From an uncultured delta proteobacterium (lineage in GTDB: Bacteria; Desulfobacterota; Desulfobaccia; Desulfobaccales; 0-14-0-80-60-11): a stretch of DNA of 64,000 bases. Shown here in pieces: positions 19,086 through 28,213 of the stretch (its first letter is position 1; each line of letters starts with the position of its first letter). The notes below the pieces were generated by a model, which had not been told where the DNA came from, did not search any database, and was given only the letters and a program-made list of their open reading frames with translations. The stretch lies in contig CAWIDL010000032.1 of NCBI GenBank assembly GCA_963834795.1, positions 98,979 through 162,978 of the forward strand, written 5' to 3'. A program made the translations under genes and the position numbers.

Positions 19086-19982
19086 ATGGCCAGAAAATCT
19101 ACCGACTTTATCCTGGGGCTCTTCGTGATCCTCGGATTCATATTAGCAGTGGCCGCCATCATCTGGGTGGGAGCCAGCAGCTTCTTTCAGAAGGGGACAC
19201 AGTACGTCTCTTACTTCGACGAATCGGTGGAGGGCCTGCAGGCAGATTCCAGCGTCAAATACCGGGGCGTAGATGTGGGCCGGGTGGAGAGGATTCAGGT
19301 AGCGCCCGATAATAAACTGGTTGGGGTGGTCATGAAGATCAACTTACGGGGTGATTTACCCAAGACCACCATGGCCCAATTGAGGACCGCGGGCATCACC
19401 GGAGTAAAATTCATTGGGCTTGACCAGCCCACACCCGAGGAGCGAGCCCTGTCGCCCAAAATTGACTTCCCCTCCGAATATCCCATAATCCCCACCCGCC
19501 CTTCCGAGATCCAGCGTCTCCTGGCCGCAGCCAACGTCATCCTGGAAAAGTTCCAACAGATTGACACGAAAGGCATTTCCGACCAAGTCATGCTCACGAC
19601 TAAGGCTATCGAAAACTTCTTCCAGGGCAAGGAGATGACCGGAATCATGGCGAAACTGCATGGCACTGCGGGAAATCTGGATAGGCTCACCGGCCGGTTC
19701 GATGAGAAGGTCAGCGCCAAAAAGCTGGACGAGATTCTGGGTGGGACACGGGATTCCATCAAGGAAATCCATGGACTCCTTGCCAGTGTCAAGAAAGACT
19801 TACAGGCCATGAAGCTTCCGGAAACGGCTTCCCGATACCGCGCCGTCGCCCTGGATGCGGCGGCACTCAGCGACAATCTCCAGCGCGCCTCGGCCTCCCT
19901 GGAGCAATTCCTGGAGCGCCTCAAGGAGCGGCCGCCGGATCTTTTTTTCGGCAAACCGCCTAAGAAAAGATGGAATGAATAA
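19086..19982 (+). CDS. MlaD-like MCE-domain protein
   Basis: An N-terminal TM helix is followed by the MCE core VKYRGVDVGRVERI. Confidence 0.8.
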   Translation: MARKSTDFILGLFVILGFILAVAAIIWVGASSFFQKGTQYVSYFDESVEGLQADSSVKYRGVDVGRVERIQVAPDNKLVGVVMKINLRGDLPKTTMAQLRTAGITGVKFIGLDQPTPEERALSPKIDFPSEYPIIPTRPSEIQRLLAAANVILEKFQQIDTKGISDQVMLTTKAIENFFQGKEMTGIMAKLHGTAGNLDRLTGRFDEKVSAKKLDEILGGTRDSIKEIHGLLASVKKDLQAMKLPETASRYRAVALDAAALSDNLQRASASLEQFLERLKERPPDLFFGKPPKKRWNE

Positions 19983-19996
19983 TTCAAGGTGAACGG

Positions 19997-20659
19997 ATGA
20001 GAAAACTTAAACTCTGGCCGAGGCCGCACCGTCTGGTGATAACCCTGATGACCTGGTTCTTCCTGATTTCCCTGTTATCGGGATGTGGAAAACCGCCCAA
20101 TGCGGTGGAGAAATATATCCTGGAATACTCCTCTCCAGTGATTGGGGCCCGCCCCCAGCTCGATAAGAACCTCACGGTGGAGCAGTTCGCAGTGGCACAA
20201 GCTTATAACAGCACGGATATGGTATATCGGCCCAGCCCTTATAAAAGTGACGTTTACCGCTACAACCGCTGGCGGGTCAACCCCGGGTACCTGGTAACGG
20301 ACTATCTCATCAGAGACCTGAGGAACTCCCGGCTGTTCCGGGGGGTGTTTCTTGGCCCCAACTCCGGGAACAGCCGCTACCAATTGGAAGGGACGGTAGA
20401 AGAGTTCCAGGAACTCGATGAACCCGATGGCTGGAAGGCCTCCCTGGCCATTAATGTTACCCTTCTGGATACGGTGCAGGAGCTAATGCCGCAAAGGGTG
20501 GTATTCCAGAGAAACTATCGGACCGTGGAGCCACTGGTTCAGAAGACCCCCCATGGCCTGGCCCAGGGGATGAGCCAGGCCATGGAGAACGTATCGGCTC
20601 AGATCATCAATGATGTTTACCAGGCCTGCCATAACAGGCCGGTGGTCCAGGGGAAGTAA
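19997..20659 (+). CDS. ABC-type transport auxiliary lipoprotein
   Basis: Lipobox LLSGCG. It occupies the final position of the Mla-like operon, as is typical for the auxiliary lipoprotein component. Confidence 0.65.
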   Translation: MRKLKLWPRPHRLVITLMTWFFLISLLSGCGKPPNAVEKYILEYSSPVIGARPQLDKNLTVEQFAVAQAYNSTDMVYRPSPYKSDVYRYNRWRVNPGYLVTDYLIRDLRNSRLFRGVFLGPNSGNSRYQLEGTVEEFQELDEPDGWKASLAINVTLLDTVQELMPQRVVFQRNYRTVEPLVQKTPHGLAQGMSQAMENVSAQIINDVYQACHNRPVVQGK

Positions 20660-21144
20660 GGCGCATTTAAAGATGGGGGGTCCCAGAACCGGCCGCTGCC
20701 TGCTCACGCCTCCCGGCTCACTATTCTGATCAAAGGGGGAGGAAATCTAAGGCCGCGGCTTAAGTCCTCTCTCTAGGGCCTGGATCTGGAGGCCAAATGC
20801 TACTCCCTCTGCTGCACGAATCCGGATGTCATCCGGGGTTTAGAGGATTTCCTGGAGAAGCGCCGGCAGAGGTAATAAGCAAGTTAACTTATTCAGACTT
20901 AGGGTCATCTAATATATCAGATCAGGCATTTTCAAGGGCTAGTTTTTCGGCTCATGATAAGGCGGATTTACCCTTGATTATGCAGCGCGGTGGAAAAAGA
21001 AACCTGGGAAAAGGCTGATACCACCATTTTGATGGCGAGCTTGACAAGGGCAACTTTGGTGTTAGGGTCCAAGCAAGGAGAGCCTCAGGCTTGGAGCCAC
21101 GCCAGAGACCATTGCGCAAACAAAAAACACTTGCGGGGGTACCC

Positions 21145-21843
21145 ATGAAAAAGCCAATTCTTTTTTTGGTACTGGTAGTTATGCTGGCTGGAGGCGCGAT
21201 CGGCGCGATGTCTGGACCTTCTTCCGCTCAGGGCTATTACTATCCACACCCGACCCAGAATATTGCCGTGACACCGTATGTTGGGAATAATACGCCCTGG
21301 ACCTTTTACAAAGGTGATTGGTTTTTGAATGGAATCCTGCAATACTTTTTCGGCCCTAAAATTGGATTTGCCCCGTATTACGCATATCCTCAGGTCTATA
21401 TTGTAAGACCCAATAACTGGTATGCGTCGGGCTGGAATTCGTGGTATCAGGGACATCCTGAATACTGGAATAATTTTGAGCGACAGCATCCTGAATGGCG
21501 CGGACACCAGGTTGGTCAGCACTATGACCAGAATTTTTATAATCGGTACCATAGCGGCCAGGGGGGAGGTTGGAATCAAGGATTCCATGGCGTTAGTCCT
21601 CAAGGAGCCACCGGTACTGGCTATCGTCCCCAAGGGGCCACCGGTACTGGCTATCGTCCCCAAGGAGCCACCGGTACTGGCGTTCGTCCCCAAGGGGCCA
21701 CCGGTACTGGCGTTCGTCCCCAAGGGGCCACCGGTACTGGCTATCGTCCCCAAGGGGCCACCGGTACTGCATTTTCTCCTAAAGCCCCGGCTCCCAGCGC
21801 TGGTAAACCTGGGACACCTCCTCCTCATGAGGAAAAACATTAG
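21145..21843 (+). CDS. secreted aromatic-rich protein with a C-terminal decapeptide tandem repeat
   Basis: Signal peptide MKKPILFLVLVVMLAGGAIGAMSGPSSAQG, a W/Y-rich core, and PQGATGTG(Y/V)R repeated about 5.7 times. Confidence 0.65.
   Translation: MKKPILFLVLVVMLAGGAIGAMSGPSSAQGYYYPHPTQNIAVTPYVGNNTPWTFYKGDWFLNGILQYFFGPKIGFAPYYAYPQVYIVRPNNWYASGWNSWYQGHPEYWNNFERQHPEWRGHQVGQHYDQNFYNRYHSGQGGGWNQGFHGVSPQGATGTGYRPQGATGTGYRPQGATGTGVRPQGATGTGVRPQGATGTGYRPQGATGTAFSPKAPAPSAGKPGTPPPHEEKH
21601..21770 (+). repeat. 30-bp in-frame tandem repeat (about 5.7 copies)
   Basis: The unit caagg(a/g)gccaccggtactggc(ta/gt)tcgtccc repeats head to tail from 21601. Confidence 0.95.
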
Positions 21844-21868
21844 CAGTAGTTCTCCTACCGCTGCAAGT

Positions 21869-21907
21869 TCCCAGATCGCTCTACCCAGGGCGATCTGGGA
21901 TCATTTT
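21869..21907 (+). terminator. candidate terminator hairpin
   Basis: tcccagatcg-ctctacccaggg-cgatctggga followed by tcatttt. The T-run is weak. Confidence 0.45.
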
Positions 21908-21970
21908 GAAAGCGAAATCAAGGTCTCCCTGGTTTGACTCATTAAACCCACTACATTAAAGTCAAGTTTC

Positions 21971-22046
21971 GCACCAAGTATTAATGGGAGCGGAAAAGAG
22001 ATTAAATTCCCCCTCACCCTTGCCCTCTCCCCCTCCAGGGGGAGAT
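21971..22046. repeat. MITE-like repeat, family 2 copy
   Basis: gcaccaagtattaatgggagcggaaaagagattaaattccccctcacccttgccctctccccctccagggggag. Confidence 0.7.
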
Positions 22047-22550
22047 CAGATTCAGCCTCCAGTCCCTCGAACCAGGCGCCATGGGCGGCGATGCCAGCCC
22101 CTCGCCCCTGGGGCGCGCCCACAGTCATCGAGAGGCGCTCTAACCAAATTATAACTTGCAGCCCGAGAGGAAATGGGATATATTAAAAAGCACCTAAGCA
22201 TATCCCAGCCAATCTTTGCAAACCCTGACCCTGGGCAAACTCCCGAGTCTTCACCTTAAAGTTCTGGCACTTCAGGAATTAAGAGAGGCCCCTTTTGTGG
22301 GGCTCCCTCGGCAAAGAGACGGCGAGGGGCAGAGCCCCTTAGCGCCGATTGCCTTCCGGACCTCGGGGGTGGTCGCGAGAGACGAGACTGGAAGCTAGGG
22401 CAAGACCTGATTTATTTACTCCCTAAGCTAAGCGGATTTCCTCAAATTATCGGAAATACTAGCTTATCCGCTATGCTCAGGATGACCTTGGCGATAACTA
22501 GGGGTTTTTTCTGGCTGGCAAAAATGCCATACCTTGCGAGGCGTTAAATC

Positions 22551-23633
22551 ATGGACGAAGAATTGACGGATCTCTTAGCACCGGAAGTATCTGCCGCTAA
22601 AATATTTGAGTGCAGCGGCGCCAGATTGGAGCCGGAGGCTGCCGCGGATCTGTGGCCCAGGATTTTGCAACATAAATGGCTCATGTCTGAAAAACTCGGG
22701 CGCGATGTGGGCCTGCGGGTCGCGTGCATCGACTTCCTGGAAAATATGGAGCAAGCTCGAGAGGAATACCTCGCCTATCAACAGCAAGACCTTTTAAAGG
22801 AAATGGGCGCTCTGACCATCAGCAAAGAAATCTGGGACACCATTGCGGATTCCCAACCGCCCAAGCAGATCGTGCAGAAAAGAATCATTCTGCCATTGAC
22901 CCAGGAAAATCTATCCAAAAAGCACGGCGTCGTCCCTCCCACAGCCATCATTTTTTTCGGACCTCCCGGCACCGGCAAAACTCATTTTGCCAAAGCCATC
23001 GCCGGGGCCCTTTCCTGGTGGTTCATCGAAATTGCCCCCAGCATGCTTATGGTTGACGGCATCGAAAAGGTGGGGGCCAATCTGCGCCTGGCCATGGAAA
23101 AGGCTCGCACCCTTAAGGAAACCGTCATTTTTATCGATGAATTTGAAGAGCTCGCGGGAAATCGTGACGAGGCCAGCCGGGTGGACAAGTCCATCACCAA
23201 CGAATTTCTCAAACAGGTGCCCCTGCTCAAAAGCCAGGGGAACCATATCCTCCTGATTTGCGCCACCAATTACATCCGGCAACTGGACCCCGCCCTGCTG
23301 CGTCCGGGAAGATTTGATTGCATCATCCCCGTGGGAGGGCTGGACGAAGATGAAAGAGCCACTATCCTGAAATACTATCTCTCCAGGCTCAATACTGGGG
23401 AAATCGATTTAAAGCGGATCGTCAAGATGACGGCGCGCTTTACCCCCGCGGATATCGAATATCTCTTCCAGCAAGTAGCCCAGTTCGCTTTCGAACAGGA
23501 ACTGCTTATCGAGCGGGATTATCGCGTTACCACTGACACCATCTTTGAAATCCTGCCCAAAATGCGGGCCTCTCTCACCGAAGAAGTCAGTATCGAGTTC
23601 GAAAAAGACACCATTACCTATTGCCGCTACTAG
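22551..23633 (+). CDS. AAA+ ATPase (classic CDC48/FtsH-type module) with a distinct N-terminal domain
   Basis: Walker A GPPGTGKTH, Walker B VIFIDEFEEL, sensor-1 CATN, second region of homology PALLRPGRFD. The N-terminal HKWLMSEKLGRDVGL is reminiscent of DUF4032 (from memory). Confidence 0.85.
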   Translation: MDEELTDLLAPEVSAAKIFECSGARLEPEAAADLWPRILQHKWLMSEKLGRDVGLRVACIDFLENMEQAREEYLAYQQQDLLKEMGALTISKEIWDTIADSQPPKQIVQKRIILPLTQENLSKKHGVVPPTAIIFFGPPGTGKTHFAKAIAGALSWWFIEIAPSMLMVDGIEKVGANLRLAMEKARTLKETVIFIDEFEELAGNRDEASRVDKSITNEFLKQVPLLKSQGNHILLICATNYIRQLDPALLRPGRFDCIIPVGGLDEDERATILKYYLSRLNTGEIDLKRIVKMTARFTPADIEYLFQQVAQFAFEQELLIERDYRVTTDTIFEILPKMRASLTEEVSIEFEKDTITYCRY

Positions 23634-25001
23634 TACTACTCCGTTAAGTCTTGACAAACATTCTCTAGTATGCGAGCCTGGGTCGCATGGACAGAGAAGA
23701 ATTGCTTGAGGCCCGAGGTCGCCTGGAGGCTTTTCTTGAGCTGTTGTTGCCCTTGTTGGGCCGGTCCGAACGTTGCCGCTGGGGAGCCTTTTATATCCAG
23801 GGCTTGCTCCTGGAAGGAGGTCGAAAGACTGCGGCGGGGATGGCGGCCCATTTTGGTGGCAACGTCCAGGCTGTGCAGCAGTTTGTCAATCAGAGTCCAT
23901 GGGACTGGCTGGCGGTCCGCCGGGTCTTGGCGCAAACCGTGATAAAGCAGACTTCCGGTCGTGGTGCCTGGATCTTGGACGACACCGGTTTTCCCAAAAA
24001 GGGGGCGCATTCCGTGGGGGTGGCCCGGCAATACTCCGGCACCTTGGGTAAGATTGGCAACTGCCAAGTGGCGGTAAGTCTGAACTATGCCACTGACGAT
24101 GGCTGTTTCCCGGTAAATTTTCAGCTTTATCTGCCGGCCGCGTGGGTGGAAGATGGCCTGCGGCGACAGAAGGCCGGCATCCCCAAGGACATAACGTTTC
24201 GGCATAAGTGGCGGATCGGGCTGGAGATGCTGGATCAAGCCCGGGAGTGGAGTTTGCCTGCCCAGGTCGTAGTGGCCGATGCCGGTTACGGAGTGGCGAC
24301 GGAATTCCGGCGGGAGCTGGAAATACGAGGCTACCATTACGTCATGGGAATCACCCGGGATACCACGGTCTGGACCGAGCCGGTGGTTGCCAAGCCCCCG
24401 ACTTACTCGGGCCAAGGACGGCCGCCGAAAGGCGACCGCACTTTGCCCAGTCCCCGCAAAATCTGTGAGGTGGCGCGACTGCTGCCGGAGGACGCCTGGG
24501 AAGACATCACTTGGCGGGAAGGGACAAAAGGCCCGATGCGTGGCCGCTTCGCAGCCATCCGCGTCAAACCCGCCATCGGTTATTTTAACGGCAAGGCGAC
24601 GGAGCCGGTCGGTTGGCTTCTCAGCGAATGGCCACGGCCAGAGCCTGAGCCCATAAAATATTGGTTCTCCAACTTGCCGGAAACCACTACGCAGCAGGAA
24701 CTGCTCTATTGGGCCAAAATACGCTGGTGGATTGAGCAAAACTACCAGCAATTGAAAGATCAATTGGGGCTGGACCATTTTGAAGGGCGATCCTGGGCTG
24801 GCTGGCATCATCACGTGACTTTGACGATGCTGGCTTTCGCCTTTCTGGTTCTGGAGGGCTTCCGGGCTAAAAAAAACTACTGGGTGGACCCTCCCACGCG
24901 CCAAAAGGGAACTGCAACGCATGCTCATAATGAAGCTTGGCTTCTGCCCTTGTTGTTGGCGTCCAATCATAATGGATGATTCTTAACTTAACGTAGTAGT
25001 A
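23634..25001 (+). mobile_element. IS701-family insertion sequence (1368 bp), apparently intact
   Basis: Imperfect terminal IRs tactactCcgttaagt / acttaacgTagtagta. Flanking direct CTAG repeats at 23630-23633 and 25002-25005. A single DDE transposase ORF. Confidence 0.85.
23687..24979 (+). CDS. IS701-family DDE transposase
   Basis: WILDDTGFPKKGAHSVGVARQYSGTLGKIGNCQV..., VVADAGYG... and W.IEQNYQQLKDQLGLDHFEGRSW are typical of IS701-like transposases. Confidence 0.88.
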   Translation: MDREELLEARGRLEAFLELLLPLLGRSERCRWGAFYIQGLLLEGGRKTAAGMAAHFGGNVQAVQQFVNQSPWDWLAVRRVLAQTVIKQTSGRGAWILDDTGFPKKGAHSVGVARQYSGTLGKIGNCQVAVSLNYATDDGCFPVNFQLYLPAAWVEDGLRRQKAGIPKDITFRHKWRIGLEMLDQAREWSLPAQVVVADAGYGVATEFRRELEIRGYHYVMGITRDTTVWTEPVVAKPPTYSGQGRPPKGDRTLPSPRKICEVARLLPEDAWEDITWREGTKGPMRGRFAAIRVKPAIGYFNGKATEPVGWLLSEWPRPEPEPIKYWFSNLPETTTQQELLYWAKIRWWIEQNYQQLKDQLGLDHFEGRSWAGWHHHVTLTMLAFAFLVLEGFRAKKNYWVDPPTRQKGTATHAHNEAWLLPLLLASNHNG

Positions 25002-25105
25002 CTAGAAGCTATTGCAAAACCCCAGTCTGCCCAAAAATGTCATTCTGAGCGAAGCGAAGAATCTCATATTTTTAGTGACTTGAGATCCTTCACTTCGTTC
25101 AGGAT
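25002..25105. repeat. MITE family 1 copy, right arm truncated; target of the IS
   Basis: Matches the first about 104 bp of the 5466-5602 copy almost exactly, then diverges after ...cttcgttcaggat. Confidence 0.8.
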
Positions 25106-25393
25106 TCTCTTTTAAAAAGCCGGCGCCGGACGAAGCCACTTATTCTCGCGGGACCCTGGCCCCCAAAAAACCCATGGCCAGCCGCCGATTTTTCGGCTTT
25201 TTGGGGTTTTATCGGATCAAGGCGGGATTATCAGTGGAGCCCATGGTAGCTAAAAGTGAACCAGAACCCAAGATTTCCGGCTCTTTTCCGTTTGAAAGAA
25301 AGACAAGAAGTTTTTAAGTGATTATATCCAGGAGTGGATTATCTCAATCCCGGAACCCAGGCAATTTATCCATCTCAAAAAAGATATGGTGAC

Positions 25394-28087
25394 ATGCTAT
25401 TCGGAAAACGACTGGATCTGAACTGGCTGGCGGACATCGGATGGAAAGTGATCGTGATCCTTTCGCTGGCGGCATTATTAGCCTGTGGCGCCGGGGAAAA
25501 CCAAGATGCCGTTTTGCGGGCCACTTTGAGCAATGGCCTGCGCGTGGTGATTATTAAAGATCCCATCGCTCCCGTGGCCACGACCATGGTCAATTATCTG
25601 GTCGGATCAAACGAGGCTCCGGAAGGTTTCCCAGGAATGGCCCACGCTCAGGAACACATGCTGTTTCGCGGCAGTCCCGGGCTTCCGGCTGGCCAGCTGG
25701 CTGCCATCAGTGCAGCCATGGGTGGGGAGTTCGAGGCTGATACCCAGCAGGTGGTCACCCAGTACGCTTTTACCGTTCCGGCCGAGGATCTGGACGTGGC
25801 CTTGCATATCGAGGCCCTTCGGATGCATGGCGTCCTCGACAGTGACGAACTCTGGAACCAGGAGCGAGGAGCGATTGAGCAGGAGGTGGCCCAGGATCTT
25901 TCCAATCCTGAATATGTCTTTTATATTAAACTCCTGGCGACCATGTTCAAGGGAACGCCTTATGCTCTCGATGCGCTGGGCACTCGCGCCTCTTTCGACC
26001 TGACCACTGGCGCCATGCTCAAGAAGTTTTACGATACCTGGTACGCCCCTAATAACGCCATTCTCGTGATCACCGGGGATGTGGACCCCCAAAAAACGCT
26101 TGCTAGCGTAACGAAATTATTCGGGGATATTCCCAGAAAAAATCTGCCCCCCCGGCCGGAGGTTCGGCTGCAGCCGTTAGCGGCCGAAAAGATCGAGATG
26201 AACACGGATTTGCCTTACGGGTTGGTCGTTGTCGCTTTTCGCTTACCCGGCTATACCAGCCCTGATTATGCCGCTTCCCAAGTGCTGGCCGACGTCTTGA
26301 GCAGTCAACGGGGGGACCTATATGCCCTGACGGCCGCGGGCAAGGCCTTAAACACCGACTTTGCCTTGAGCACTCTCCCCGAGGCCGGGCTGGCCTATGC
26401 GGAGGCCGCCTTCCCTAAGGGCGGCGATCCTCAGAAGTTGCTTCAGGAGGTCCAAGAAGTCTTAGCCAAAAGCGTTCAACAGGGTATCGCCGCCGATCTG
26501 GTGGAAGCTGCCAAAAACCTTGAGTTGGCCCAACTGGAAGAACAAAAAAATTCGGTGTCCGAGCTGGCCATGACGTGGTCCCAAGCTCTGGCGGTGGAAG
26601 GCCGGCAGTCTCCCGCGGACGACGTTCGGGCCATTACCAAGGTTACGGTGCAAGACGTTGATCGCGTCGCCCGCCTATATCTGGATCTCGATCATGCGGT
26701 GGTGGCCATCCTTACTCCCGAGGCCTCCGGCCAACCCATATCCGCCAAAGGCTTTGGCGGCAAAGAATCCTTCAATCTGCAGCCTGGCAAAACCGTTACC
26801 CTGCCCGAGTGGGCCAAGAGTTTCTTGGAGCGGTTGTCCATTCCAACTTCCACCGTTCACCCGGTGGTGAGCATCTTGCCCAACGGGATTAAACTAATTG
26901 TTCAGCCTGAATCTATCAGCAACACGATCAGCGTTTACGGCCATATTAAAAATCAGCCGGATTTACAGGAGCCTCAAGGGCAGGAGGGCATTGCTCAGGC
27001 ACTGGACCAGCTTTTTTCATACGGCACCACCTCACTGGATCGGTTGGCCTTTCAGAAAGCCTTGGATGATATTGCGGCGCAAGTCTCCACCGGAACCTCT
27101 TTTTCTTTACAGGTATTGTCCGACCACTTCGAGCGCGGGGTGCAGCTTTTGGCGGATAACGAACTCCATCCGGCTCTGCCGGAGGACGCCTTCATCATTG
27201 TTCGCACTCAGGTAGCCGATACCGTGGCGGGCAAGCTCCAAAGTCCCGATTATCTGGCGAGCCGGGCACTCAAAGCGGCTTTATATCCAAAAAGCGACCC
27301 GACCTTGCGCCAGGCCACCCCGGACACTGTCTCCAGGTTAACTTTGGCGAATGTCAAAGATTATTTTTCGCAGGTCTTTCGACCAGACCAGACCGTTATT
27401 GTAGTTATCGGCAAGGTGATCCCTAAGCAGGCAAGACAGGTAATCGAGCGATACTTTGGACAATGGACGGCTTCCGGTCCTAAACCAAACATCCTGTTAC
27501 CGCCTATACCACCCAACACCTCTGCCTCTGTGGCCGTACCCGATGCCAGCCGGGTGCAAGATGAGGTCGACCTGGCAGAAACCCTGGGACTGACACGGTC
27601 CAATCCGGATTACTACGCCCTGGTGCTGGGTAACCACGTCCTGGGAGGTGGCTTTTATGCTACCCGGCTTTACCGGGAGTTGCGGGAAGAAACCGGTCTC
27701 GTATATTCCGTGGAGGTGGAGTTGCAAGCCCATCAGACCCGCGCCCTCTATGCCATTGAGTATGCCTGCGATCCGGACAATGTTGCCAAAGTCCATGGCA
27801 TCGTGGAGCGTAATTTAATGGAGATGCAATCCCAAATGGTGAATCCCGACGAATTACGACAGGCAAAATTGATGTTGCTGCGGAGAATCCCACTGTCCGA
27901 ATCCAGTTTGCAGAGCATTGCTAAGGGGTTGATCAAACGCTCAATTCTAGACTTGCCGCCTGATGAACCGATTACCGCCGCTAAAAACTATGCGGCGATG
28001 ACTGCCGAGCAGGTCCAAGCGGCCTTTGCCAAGTGGGTAAGACCGGCCGATCTGGTGCAGATAACTCAAGGGCCGCTGCCAAAGTAG
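25394..28087 (+). CDS. large two-unit M16 (pitrilysin) family zinc peptidase, likely lipoprotein
   Basis: HxxEH zinc motif GMAHAQEHMLFRGS. About 900 aa, equal to two M16 halves. The N-terminus reads LSLAALLACGAG. Confidence 0.85.
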   Translation: MLFGKRLDLNWLADIGWKVIVILSLAALLACGAGENQDAVLRATLSNGLRVVIIKDPIAPVATTMVNYLVGSNEAPEGFPGMAHAQEHMLFRGSPGLPAGQLAAISAAMGGEFEADTQQVVTQYAFTVPAEDLDVALHIEALRMHGVLDSDELWNQERGAIEQEVAQDLSNPEYVFYIKLLATMFKGTPYALDALGTRASFDLTTGAMLKKFYDTWYAPNNAILVITGDVDPQKTLASVTKLFGDIPRKNLPPRPEVRLQPLAAEKIEMNTDLPYGLVVVAFRLPGYTSPDYAASQVLADVLSSQRGDLYALTAAGKALNTDFALSTLPEAGLAYAEAAFPKGGDPQKLLQEVQEVLAKSVQQGIAADLVEAAKNLELAQLEEQKNSVSELAMTWSQALAVEGRQSPADDVRAITKVTVQDVDRVARLYLDLDHAVVAILTPEASGQPISAKGFGGKESFNLQPGKTVTLPEWAKSFLERLSIPTSTVHPVVSILPNGIKLIVQPESISNTISVYGHIKNQPDLQEPQGQEGIAQALDQLFSYGTTSLDRLAFQKALDDIAAQVSTGTSFSLQVLSDHFERGVQLLADNELHPALPEDAFIIVRTQVADTVAGKLQSPDYLASRALKAALYPKSDPTLRQATPDTVSRLTLANVKDYFSQVFRPDQTVIVVIGKVIPKQARQVIERYFGQWTASGPKPNILLPPIPPNTSASVAVPDASRVQDEVDLAETLGLTRSNPDYYALVLGNHVLGGGFYATRLYRELREETGLVYSVEVELQAHQTRALYAIEYACDPDNVAKVHGIVERNLMEMQSQMVNPDELRQAKLMLLRRIPLSESSLQSIAKGLIKRSILDLPPDEPITAAKNYAAMTAEQVQAAFAKWVRPADLVQITQGPLPK

Positions 28088-28213
28088 AAATCAACCCTCT
28101 TGGGGAAGACCGTTAAGATTAAACTTTTAATCTCTTTCAAAGGGAACGGGGCGAGGGAATGGCCTTGATGATCCCTACACAGCAAAGGTAGTTTATGAGG
28201 AGAGGACGAAACG

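Noticed and set aside
20797-21018. 73-aa plus-strand ORF in the spacer after the Mla-like operon.
   Set aside because: It has no RBS or motif and overlaps repeat-like sequence (ggcattttcaag, also at 10900). It is likely non-coding.
21085-21840. 251-aa minus-strand ORF overlapping the repeat-protein gene.
   Set aside because: It is kept open by the 30-bp tandem repeat and lacks a signal or motif. The plus-strand frame has a clean signal peptide and sensible composition.
22225-22290. Possible c-di-GMP-I riboswitch, because of GGGCAAAC.
   Set aside because: There is no second ACGCAAAGCC-type half and no matching P1/P2 helices.
22300-22400. Possible SRP (4.5S) RNA on the minus strand, because of the 11-mer GGTCCGGAAGG.
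   Set aside because: The conserved domain IV context (GGAAGCAGC, the opposing AGGCAG strand and a closing long helix) is missing. It is probably a chance match inside a GC-rich hairpin region.
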